A stretch of DNA of 64,000 nt from positions 36,518,001 through 36,582,000 of the forward strand of contig OZ024758.1 in assembly GCA_964016885.1 (NCBI GenBank). The letters are read 5' to 3'. Shown here one piece after another: positions 1 to 11,900 of this stretch. The DNA comes from Eledone cirrhosa (Eukaryota). The position numbers and the translations under genes were made by a program. The notes under the pieces were generated by a model. The model saw only the letters and a program-made list of their open reading frames with translations. It did no database searches and was not told the DNA's origin. Numbering within the stretch: the first letter of the stretch is position 1; each line of letters opens with the position of its first letter.

Positions 1-1479
1 AAGTCACTCCAATGTTGGTGAGAATTCATTTAAGTTCATGGTATTAGCTGTCAGAAGTAACTCCACTGTTGGTAAGAATTCATTTAAGTTCATGGTATTA
101 GCTGTCAGAAGTAACTCCACTGTTGGTGAGAATTCATTTAAGTTCATGGTATTAGCTGTCAGAAGGAACGCCACTGTTGGTGAGAATTCATTTAAGTTCA
201 TGGTATTAGCTGTCAGAAGTAACTCCACTGTTGGTGAGAATTCATTTAAGTTCATGGTACTAGCTGTCAGAAGTAACTCCAATGTTGGTGAGAATTCATT
301 TAAGTTCATGGTATTAGCTGTCAGAAGGAACTCCACTGTTGCTGAGAATTCATTTAAGTTCATGGTATTAGCTGTCAGAAGTAACTCCACTGTTGGTGAG
401 AATTCATTTAAGTTCATGGTACTAGCTGTCAGAAGTAACTCCACTGTTGGTGAGAATTCATTTAAGTTCATGGTATTAGCTGTCAGAAGTCACTCCAATG
501 TTGGTGAGAATTCATTTAAGTTCATGGTATTAGCTGTCAGAAGTCACTCCACTGTTGGTGAGAATTCATTTAAGTTCATGGTACTAGCTGTCAGAAGTAA
601 CCCCAATGTTGGTGAGAATTCATTTAAGTCATGGTATTAGCTGTCAGAAGTAACTCCACTGTTGGTGAGAATTCATTTAAGTTCATGGTATTAGCTGTCA
701 GAAGTAACTCCACTGTTGGTGAGAATTCATTTAAGTTCATGGTATTAGTTTGTCAGAAGTAACTCCACTGTTGGTGAGAATTCATTTAAGTCATGGTATT
801 AGTTGTCAGAAGTAACTCCAATGTTGGTGAGAATTCATTTAAGTTCATGGTACTAGCTGTCAGAAGTAACTCCACTGTTGGTGAGAATTCATTTAAGTTC
901 ATGGTAATAGCTGTCAGAAGTAACTCCACTGTTGGTGAGAATTCATTTAAGTCATGTTATTAGCTGTCAGAAGTAACTCCACTGTTGGTGAGAATTCATT
1001 TAAGTCATGGTACTAGCTGTCAGAAGTAACTCCAATGTTGGTGAGAATTCATTTAAGTTCATGGTATTAGCTGTAAGAAGTAACTCCACTGTTGGTGAGA
1101 ATTCATTTAAGTTCATGGTATTAGCTGTCAGAAGTAACTCCACTGTTGGTGAGAATTCATTTAAGTCATGGTATTAGCTGTCAGAAGTAACTCCACTGTT
1201 GGTGAGAATTCATTTAAGTTCATGGTATTAGCTGTCAGAAGGAACGCCACTGTTGGTGAGAATTCATTTAAGTTCATGGTATTAGCTGTCAGAAGTAACT
1301 CCACTGTTGGTGAGAATTCATTTAATTTCATGGTATTAGCTGTCAGAAGTAACTCCACTGTTGGTGAGAATTCATTTAAGTTCATGGTACTAGCTGTCAG
1401 AAGTAACTCCAATGTTGGTGAGAATTCATTTAAGTTCATGGTATTAGCTGTCAGAAGTAACTCCACTGTTGGTGAGAAT

Positions 1480-4400
1480 TCATTTAAGTCATGGTATTAG
1501 CTGTCAGAAGTAACTCCACTGTTGGTGAGAATTCATTTAAGTTCATGGTATTAGCTGTCAGAAGGAACTCCACTGTTGGTGAGAATTCATTTAAGTTCAT
1601 GGTACTAGCTGTCAGAAGTAACTCCAATGTTGGTGAGAATTCATTTAAGTTCATGGTATTAGCTGTCAGAAGTAACTCCACTGTTGGTGAGTATTCATTT
1701 AAGTCATGGTATTAGCTGTCAGAAGTAACTCCACTGTTGGTGAGAATTCATTTAAGTTCATGGTATTAGCTGTCAGAGGTAACTCCACTGTTGGTGAGAA
1801 TTCATTTAAGTTCATGGTATTAGCTGTCAGAAGTAACTCCACTGTTGGTGAGAATTCATTTACGTTCATGGTATTAGTTTGTCAGAAGTAACTCCACTGT
1901 TGGTGAGAATTCATTTAAGTCATGGTATTAGTTGTCAGAAGTAACTCCAATGTTGGTGAGAATTCATTTAAGTTCATGGTAATAGCTGTCAGAAGTAACT
2001 CCACTGTTGGTGAGAATTCATTTAAGTCATGGTATTAGCTGTCAGAAGTAACTCCAATGTTGGTGAGAATTCATTTAAGTCATGGTACTAGCTGTCAGAA
2101 GTCACTCCACTGTTGGTGAGAATTCATTTACGTTCATGGTACTAGCTGTCAGAAGTAACCCCAATGTTGGTGAGAATTCATTTAAGTTCATGGTATTAGC
2201 TGTCAGAAGTCACTCCACTGTTGGTGAGAATTCATTTAAGTTCATGGTATTAGCTGTCAGAAGTAACTCCACTGTTGGTAAGAATTCATTTAAGTTCATG
2301 GTATTAGCTGTCAGAAGTAACTCCACTGTTGGTGAGAATTCATTTAAGTTCATGGTATTAGCTGTCAGAAGGAACGCCACTGTTGGTGAGAATTCATTTA
2401 AGTTCATGGTATTAGCTGTCAGAAGTAACTCCACTGTTGGTGAGAATTCATTTAAGTTCATGGTACTAGCTGTCAGAAGTAACTCCAATGTTGGTGAGAA
2501 TTCATTTAAGTTCATGGTATTAGCTGTCAGAAGGAACTCCGCTGTTGCTGAGAATTCATTTAAGTTCATGGTATTAGCTGTCAGAAGTAACTCCACTGTT
2601 GGTGAGAATTCATTTAAGTTCATGGTACTAGCTGTCAGAAGTAACTCCACTGTTGGTGAGAATTCATTTAAGTTCATGGTATTAGCTGTCAGAAGTAACT
2701 CCAATGTTGGTGAGAATTCATTTAAGTCATGGTACTAGCTGTCAGAAGTCACTCCACTGTTGGTGAGAATTCATTTACGTTCATGGTACTAGCTGTCAGA
2801 AGTAACCCCAATGTTGGTGAGAATTCATTTAAGTTCATGGTATTAGCTGTCAGAAGTCACTCCACTGTTGGTGAGAATTCATTTAAGTTCATGGTATTAG
2901 CTGTCAGAAGTAACTCCACTGTTGGTAAGAATTCATTTAAGTTCATGGTATTAGCTGTCAGAAGTAACTCCACTGTTGGTGAGAATTCATTTAAGTTCAT
3001 GGTATTAGCTGTCAGAAGGAACGCCACTGTTGGTGAGAATTCATTTAAGTTCATGGTATTAGCTGTCAGAAGTAACTCCACTGTTGGTGAGAATTCATTT
3101 AAGTTCATGGTACTAGCTGTCAGAAGTAACTCCAATGTTGGTGAGAATTCATTTAAGTTCATGGTATTAGCTGTCAGAAGGAACTCCACTGTTGCTGAGA
3201 ATTCATTTAAGTTCATGGTATTAGCTGTCAGAAGTAACTCCACTGTTGGTGAGAATTCATTTAAGTTCATGGTACTAGCTGTCAGAAGTAACTCCACTGT
3301 TGGTGAGAATTCATTTAAGTTCATGGTATTAGCTGTCAGAAGTCACTCCAATGTTGGTGAGAATTCATTTAAGTTCATGGTATTAGCTGTCAGAAGTAAC
3401 TCCACTGTTGGTGAGAATTCATTTAAGTTCATGGTATTAGTTTGTCAGAAGTAACTCCACTGTTGGTGAGAATTCATTTAAGTCATGGTATTAGTTGTCA
3501 GAAGTAACTCCAATGTTGGTGAGAATTCATTTAAGTTCATGGTATTAGCTGTCAGAAGTAACTCCACTGTTGGTGAGAATTCATTTAAGTTCATGGTATT
3601 AGCTGTCAGAAGGAACTCCACTGTTGGTGAGAATTCATTTAAGTTCATGGTACTAGCTGTCAGAAGTAACTCCACTGTTGGTGAGAATTCATTTAAGTTC
3701 ATGGTATTAGTTTGTCAGAAGTAACTCCACTGTTGGTGAGAATTCATTTAAGTTCATGGTATTAGCTGTCAGAAGTAACTCCACTGTTGGTGAGAATTCA
3801 TTTAAGTTCATGGTACTAGCTGTCAGAAGTAACTCCACTGTTGGTGAGAATTCATTTAAGTTCATGGTATTAGTTTGTCAGAAGTTACTCCACTGTTGGT
3901 GAGAATTCATTTAAGTCATGGTATTAGTTGTCAGAAGTAACTCCAATGTTGGTGAGAATTCATTTAAGTTCATGGTATTAGCTGTCAGAAGGAACTCCAC
4001 TGTTGGTGAGAATTCATTTAAGTTCATGGTATTAGCTGTCAGAAGGAACTCCAATGTTGGTGAGAATTCATTTAAGTCATGGTACTAGCTGTCAGAAGTA
4101 ACTCCAATGTTGGTGAGAATTCATTTAAGTTCATGGTATTAGCTGTCAGAAGGAACTCCACTGTTGGTGAGAATTCATTTAAGTTCATGGTACTAGCTGT
4201 CAGAAGTAACTCCAATGTTGGTGAGAATTCATTTAAGTTCATGGTATTAGCTGCCAGAAGTAACTCCACTGTTGGTGAGTATTCATTTACGTTCATGGTA
4301 TTAGTTTGTCAGAAGTAACTCCACTGTTGGTGAGAATTCATTTAAGTCATGGTATTAGTTGTCAGAAGTAACTCCACTGTTGGTGAGAATTCATTTAAGT

Positions 4401-5850
4401 TCATGGTACTAGCTGTCAGAAGTAACTCCACTGTTGGTGAGAATTCATTTAAGTTCATGGTATTAGTTTGTCAGAAGTTACTCCACTGTTGGTGAGAATT
4501 CATTTAATTTCATGGTATTAGCTGTCAGAAGTAACTCCACTGTTGGTGAGAATTCATTTAAGTTCATGGTACTAGCTGTCAGAAGTAACTCCAATGTTGG
4601 TGAGAATTCATTTAAGTTCATGGTATTAGCTGTCAGAAGTAACTCCACTGTTGGTGAGAATTCATTTAAGTCATGGTATTAGCTGTCAGAAGTAACTCCA
4701 CTGTTGGTGAGAATTCATTTAAGTTCATGGTATTAGCTGTCAGAAGGAACTCCACTGTTGGTGAGAATTCATTTAAGTTCATGGTACTAGCTGTCAGAAG
4801 TAACTCCAATGTTGGTGAGAATTCATTTAAGTTCATGGTATTAGCTGTCAGAAGTAACTCCACTGTTGGTGAGTATTCATTTAAGTCATGGTATTAGCTG
4901 TCAGAAGTAACTCCACTGTTGGTGAGAATTCATTTAAGTTCATGGTATTAGCTGTCAGAGGTAACTCCACTGTTGGTGAGAATTCATTTAAGTTCATGGT
5001 ATTAGCTGTCAGAAGTAACTCCACTGTTGGTGAGAATTCATTTACGTTCATGGTATTAGTTTGTCAGAAGTAACTCCACTGTTGGTGAGAATTCATTTAA
5101 GTCATGGTATTAGTTGTCAGAAGTAACTCCAATGTTGGTGAGAATTCATTTAAGTTCATGGTAATAGCTGTCAGAAGTAACTCCACTGTTGGTGAGAATT
5201 CATTTAAGTCATGGTATTAGCTGTCAGAAGTAACTCCAATGTTGGTGAGAATTCATTTAAGTCATGGTACTAGCTGTCAGAAGTCACTCCACTGTTGGTG
5301 AGAATTCATTTACGTTCATGGTACTAGCTGTCAGAAGTAACCCCAATGTTGGTGAGAATTCATTTAAGTTCATGGTATTAGCTGTCAGAAGTCACTCCAC
5401 TGTTGGTGAGAATTCATTTAAGTTCATGGTATTAGCTGTCAGAAGTAACTCCACTGTTGGTAAGAATTCATTTAAGTTCATGGTATTAGCTGTCAGAAGT
5501 AACTCCACTGTTGGTGAGAATTCATTTAAGTTCATGGTATTAGCTGTCAGAAGGAACGCCACTGTTGGTGAGAATTCATTTAAGTTCATGGTATTAGCTG
5601 TCAGAAGTAACTCCACTGTTGGTGAGAATTCATTTAAGTTCATGGTACTAGCTGTCAGAAGTAACTCCAATGTTGGTGAGAATTCATTTAAGTTCATGGT
5701 ATTAGCTGTCAGAAGGAACTCCACTGTTGCTGAGAATTCATTTAAGTTCATGGTATTAGCTGTCAGAAGTAACTCCACTGTTGGTGAGAATTCATTTAAG
5801 TTCATGGTACTAGCTGTCAGAAGTAACTCCACTGTTGGTGAGAATTCATT
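1480..5850. repeat. Internal duplicated block at 3182-bp offset (~59 monomers): ~1480-2680 vs ~4660-5850
   Basis: Variant order is the same at 1491/4673, 1706/4888 and 2082/5264, including the GAGTATTC, AGAGGTAAC and TTTACGTT markers. Confidence 0.85.
2082..3330. repeat. 647-bp (12-monomer) tandem duplication, repeated again at 13614/14261
   Basis: Blocks starting at 2082 and 2729 share the same ordered variants (CAC+TACG, AACCCC, CAC, GGTAAG, AACGCC, GTTGCTG). Confidence 0.88.
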
Positions 5851-7095
5851 TAAGTTCATGGTATTAGCTGTCAGAAGTCACTCCAATGTTGGTGAGAATT
5901 CATTTAAGTTCATGGTATTAGCTGTCAGAAGTAACTCCACTGTTGGTGAGAATTCATTTAAGTTCATGGTATTAGTTTGTCAGAAGTAACTCCACTGTTG
6001 GTGAGAATTCATTTAAGTCATGGTATTAGTTGTCAGAAGTAACTCCAATGTTGGTGAGAATTCATTTAAGTTCATGGTACTAGCTGTCAGAAGTAACTCC
6101 ACTGTTGGTGAGAATTCATTTAAGTTCATGGTAATAGCTGTCAGAAGTAACTCCACTGTTGGTGAGAATTCATTTAAGTCATGTTATTAGCTGTCAGAAG
6201 TAACTCCAATGTTGGTGAGAATTCATTTAAGTCATGGTACTAGCTGTCAGAAGTAACTCCAATGTTGGTGAGAATTCATTTAAGTTCATGGTATTAGCTG
6301 TCAGAAGTAACTCCACTGTTGGTGAGAATTCATTTAAGTTCATGGTATTAGCTGTCAGAAGTAACTCCACTGTTGGTGAGAATTCATTTAAGTCATGGTA
6401 TTAGCTGTCAGAAGTAACTCCACTGTTGGTGAGAATTCATTTAAGTTCATGGTATTAGCTGTCAGAAGGAACGCCACTGTTGGTGAGAATTCATTTAAGT
6501 TCATGGTATTAGCTGTCAGAAGTAACTCCACTGTTGGTGAGAATTCATTTAAGTTCATGGTATTAGCTGTCAGAAGTAACTCCACTGTTGGTCAGAATTC
6601 ATTTAAGTTCATGGTACTAGCTGTCAGAAGTAACTCCACTGTTGGTGAGAATTCATTTAAGTTCATGGTATTAGCTGTCAGAAGTAACTCCACTGTTGGT
6701 GAGTATTCATTTAAGTCATGGTATTAGCTGTCAGACGTAACTCCACTGTTGGTGAGAATTCATTTAAGTTCATGGTATTAGCTGTCAGAGGTAACTCCAC
6801 TGTTGGTGAGAATTCATTTAAGTTCATGGTATTAGCTGTCAGAAGTAACTCCACTGTTGGTGAGAATTCATTTACGTTCATGGTATTAGTTTGTCAGAAG
6901 TAACTCCACTGTTGGTGAGAATTCATTTAAGTCATGGTATTAGCTGTCAGAAGTAACTCCACTGTTGGTGAGAATTCATTTAAGTTCATGGTATTAGCTG
7001 TCAGAAGGAACGCCACTGTTGGTGAGAATTCATTTAAGTTCATGGTATTAGCTGTCAGAAGTAACTCCACTGTTGGTGAGAATTCATTTAAGTTC

Positions 7096-10000
7096 ATGGT
7101 ATTAGCTGTCAGAAGTAACTCCACTGTTGGTGAGAATTCATTTAAGTTCATAGTACTAGCTGTCAGAAGTAACTCCACTGTTGGTGAGAATTCATTTAAG
7201 TTCATGGTATTAGCTGTCAGAAGTCACTCCAATGTTGGTGAGAATTCATTTAAGTTCATGGTATTAGCTGTCAGAAGTCACTCCACTGTTGGTGAGAATT
7301 CATTTAAGTTCATGGTACTAGCTGTCAGAAGTAACCCCAATGTTGGTGAGAATTCATTTAAGTTCATGGTATTAGCTGTCAGAAGTCACTCCAATGTTGG
7401 TGAGAATTCATTTAAGTTCATGGTATTAGCTGTCAGAAGTAACTCCACTGTTGGTGAGAATTCATTTAAGTTCATGGTATTAGCTGTCAGAAGGAACTCC
7501 ACTGTTGGTGAGAATTCATTTAAGTTCATGGTACTAGCTGTCAGAAGTAACTCCACTGTTGGTGAGAATTCATTTAAGTTCATGGTATTAGTTTGTCAGA
7601 AGTAACTCCACTGTTGGTGAGAATTCATTTAAGTTCATGGTATTAGCTGTCAGAAGTAACTCCACTGTTGGTGAGAATTCATTTAAGTTCATGGTACTAG
7701 CTGTCAGAAGTAACTCCACTGTTGGTGAGAATTCATTTAAGTTCATGGTATTAGTTTGTCAGAAGTTACTCCACTGTTGGTGAGAATTCATTTAAGTCAT
7801 GGTATTAGTTGTCAGAAGTAACTCCAATGTTGGTGAGAATTCATTTAAGTTCATGGTATTAGCTGTCAGAAGGAACTCCACTGTTGGTGAGAATTCATTT
7901 AAGTTCATGGTATTAGCTGTCAGAAGGAACTCCAATGTTGGTGAGAATTCATTTAAGTCATGGTACTAGCTGTCAGAAGTAACTCCAATGTTGGTGAGAA
8001 TTCATTTAAGTTCATGGTATTAGCTGTCAGAAGGAACTCCACTGTTGGTGAGAATTCATTTAAGTTCATGGTACTAGCTGTCAGAAGTAACTCCAATGTT
8101 GGTGAGAATTCATTTAAGTTCATGGTATTAGCTGCCAGAAGTAACTCCACTGTTGGTGAGTATTCATTTACGTTCATGGTATTAGTTTGTCAGAAGTAAC
8201 TCCACTGTTGGTGAGAATTCATTTAAGTCATGGTATTAGTTGTCAGAAGTAACTCCAATGTTGGTGAGAATTCATTTAAGTTCATGGTAATAGCTGTCAG
8301 AAGTAACTCCACTGTTGGTGAGAATTCATTTAAGTCATGGTATTAGCTGTCAGAAGTAACTCCAATGTTGGTGAGAATTCATTTAAGTCATGGTACTAGC
8401 TGTCAGAAGTCACTCCACTGTTGGTGAGAATTCATTTAAGTTCATGGTACTAGCTGTCAGAAGTAACCCCAATGTTGGTGAGAATTCATTTAAGTTCATG
8501 GTATTAGCTGTCAGAAGTCACTCCAATGTTGGTGAGAATTCATTTAAGTTCATGGTATTAGCTGTCAGAAGTAACTCCACTGTTGGTAAGAATTCATTTA
8601 AGTTCATGGTATTAGCTGTCAGAAGTAACTCCACTGTTGGTGAGAATTCATTTAAGTTCATGGTATTAGCTGTCAGAAGGAACGCCACTGTTGGTGAGAA
8701 TTCATTTAAGTTCATGGTATTAGCTGTCAGAAGTAACTCCACTGTTGGTGAGAATTCATTTAAGTTCATGGTACTAGCTGTCAGAAGTAACTCCAATGTT
8801 GGTGAGAATTCATTTAAGTTCATGGTATTAGCTGTCAGAAGGAACTCCACTGTTGGTGAGAATTCATTTAAGTTCATGGTATTAGCTGTCAGAAGGAACT
8901 CCAATGTTGGTGAGAATTCATTTAAGTCATGGTACTAGCTGTCAGAAGTAACTCCAATGTTGGTGAGAATTCATTTAAGTTCATGGTATTAGCTGTCAGA
9001 AGGAACTCCACTGTTGGTGAGAATTCATTTAAGTTCATGGTACTAGCTGTCAGAAGTAACTCCAATGTTGGTGAGAATTCATTTAAGTTCATGGTATTAG
9101 CTGCCAGAAGTAACTCCACTGTTGGTGAGTATTCATTTACGTTCATGGTATTAGCTGTCAGAAGTAACTCCACTGTTGGTGAGAATTCATTTAAGTCATG
9201 GTATTAGCTGTCAGAAGTAACTCCACTGTTGGTGAGAATTCATTTAAGTTCATAGTACTAGCTGTCAGAAGTAACTCCACTGTTGGTGAGAATTCATTTA
9301 AGTTCATGGTATTAGCTGTCAGAAGTCACTCCAATGTTGGTGAGAATTCATTTAAGTTCATGGTATTAGCTGTCAGAAGTCACTCCACTGTTGGTGAGAA
9401 TTCATTTAAGTTCATGGTACTAGCTGTCAGAAGTAACCCCAATGTTGGTGAGAATTCATTTAAGTTCATGGTATTAGCTGTCAGAAGTCACTCCAATGTT
9501 GGTGAGAATTCATTTAAGTTCATGGTATTAGCTGTCAGAAGTAACTCCACTGTTGGTGAGAATTCATTTAAGTTCATGGTATTAGCTGTCAGAAGGAACT
9601 CCACTGTTGGTGAGAATTCATTTAAGTTCATGGTACTAGCTGTCAGAAGTAACTCCACTGTTGGTGAGAATTCATTTAAGTTCATGGTATTAGTTTGTCA
9701 GAAGTAACTCCACTGTTGGTGAGAATTCATTTAAGTTCATGGTATTAGCTGTCAGAAGTAACTCCACTGTTGGTGAGAATTCATTTAAGTTCATGGTACT
9801 AGCTGTCAGAAGTAACTCCACTGTTGGTGAGAATTCATTTAAGTTCATGGTATTAGTTTGTCAGAAGTTACTCCACTGTTGGTGAGAATTCATTTAAGTC
9901 ATGGTATTAGTTGTCAGAAGTAACTCCAATGTTGGTGAGAATTCATTTAAGTTCATGGTATTAGCTGTCAGAAGGAACTCCACTGTTGGTGAGAATTCAT

Positions 10001-11299
10001 TTAAGTTCATGGTATTAGCTGTCAGAAGGAACTCCAATGTTGGTGAGAATTCATTTAAGTCATGGTACTAGCTGTCAGAAGTAACTCCAATGTTGGTGAG
10101 AATTCATTTAAGTTCATGGTATTAGCTGTCAGAAGGAACTCCACTGTTGGTGAGAATTCATTTAAGTTCATGGTACTAGCTGTCAGAAGTAACTCCAATG
10201 TTGGTGAGAATTCATTTAAGTTCATGGTATTAGCTGCCAGAAGTAACTCCACTGTTGGTGAGTATTCATTTACGTTCATGGTATTAGTTTGTCAGAAGTA
10301 ACTCCACTGTTGGTGAGAATTCATTTAAGTCATGGTATTAGTTGTCAGAAGTAACTCCAATGTTGGTGAGAATTCATTTAAGTTCATGGTAATAGCTGTC
10401 AGAAGTAACTCCACTGTTGGTGAGAATTCATTTAAGTCATGGTATTAGCTGTCAGAAGTAACTCCAATGTTGGTGAGAATTCATTTAAGTCATGGTACTA
10501 GCTGTCAGAAGTCACTCCACTGTTGGTGAGAATTCATTTAAGTTCATGGTACTAGCTGTCAGAAGTAACCCCAATGTTGGTGAGAATTCATTTAAGTTCA
10601 TGGTATTAGCTGTCAGAAGTCACTCCAATGTTGGTGAGAATTCATTTAAGTTCATGGTATTAGCTGTCAGAAGTAACTCCACTGTTGGTAAGAATTCATT
10701 TAAGTTCATGGTATTAGCTGTCAGAAGTAACTCCACTGTTGGTGAGAATTCATTTAAGTTCATGGTATTAGCTGTCAGAAGGAACGCCACTGTTGGTGAG
10801 AATTCATTTAAGTTCATGGTATTAGCTGTCAGAAGTAACTCCACTGTTGGTGAGAATTCATTTAAGTTCATGGTACTAGCTGTCAGAAGTAACTCCAATG
10901 TTGGTGAGAATTCATTTAAGTTCATGGTATTAGCTGTCAGAAGGAACTCCACTGTTGGTGAGAATTCATTTAAGTTCATGGTATTAGCTGTCAGAAGGAA
11001 CTCCAATGTTGGTGAGAATTCATTTAAGTCATGGTACTAGCTGTCAGAAGTAACTCCAATGTTGGTGAGAATTCATTTAAGTTCATGGTATTAGCTGTCA
11101 GAAGGAACTCCACTGTTGGTGAGAATTCATTTAAGTTCATGGTACTAGCTGTCAGAAGTAACTCCAATGTTGGTGAGAATTCATTTAAGTTCATGGTATT
11201 AGCTGCCAGAAGTAACTCCACTGTTGGTGAGTATTCATTTACGTTCATGGTATTAGTTTGTCAGAAGTAACTCCACTGTTGGTGAGAATTCATTTAAGT
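7096..11299. repeat. 2102-bp (39-monomer) tandem duplication
   Basis: The CATAGTAC marker is at 7149 and 9251. ORF blocks 7960/10062, 8390/10492 and 8929/11031 are all offset by 2102. Confidence 0.9.
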
Positions 11300-11900
11300 C
11301 ATGGTATTAGTTGTCAGAAGTAACTCCAATGTTGGTGAGAATTCATTTAAGTTCATGGTAATAGCTGTCAGAAGTAACTCCACTGTTGGTGAGAATTCAT
11401 TTAAGTCATGGTATTAGCTGTCAGAAGTAACTCCAATGTTGGTGAGAATTCATTTAAGTCATGGTACTAGCTGTCAGAAGTCACTCCACTGTTGGTGAGA
11501 ATTCATTTAAGTTCATGGTACTAGCTGTCAGAAGTAACCCCAATGTTGGTGAGAATTCATTTAAGTTCATGGTATTAGCTGTCAGAAGTCACTCCAATGT
11601 TGGTGAGAATTCATTTAAGTTCATGGTATTAGCTGTCAGAAGTAACTCCACTGTTGGTAAGAATTCATTTAAGTTCATGGTATTAGCTGTCAGAAGTAAC
11701 TCCACTGTTGGTGAGAATTCATTTAAGTTCATGGTATTAGCTGTCAGAAGGAACGCCACTGTTGGTGAGAATTCATTTAAGTTCATGGTATTAGCTGTCA
11801 GAAGTAACTCCACTGTTGGTGAGAATTCATTTAAGTTCATGGTACTAGCTGTCAGAAGTAACTCCAATGTTGGTGAGAATTCATTTAAGTTCATGGTATT
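10010..11900. repeat. 969-bp (18-monomer) tandem unit, also at 7960/8929 and 18845/19814
   Basis: Blocks 10062/11031 and 10492/11461 are offset by 969. They are marked by the GCTGCCAG + GAGTATTC + TTTACG triple-variant monomer. Confidence 0.88.

Noticed and set aside
38-91. CENP-B box or promoter motifs in the monomer
   Set aside because: The CENP-B box requires TTCG and CGGG elements, and the consensus has no CpG. Short AT-rich matches are expected by chance.
38-199. Regular 3-mer (162 bp) nucleosome-length higher-order unit
   Set aside because: The length is numerically suggestive, but variants show no consistent 3-monomer periodicity.
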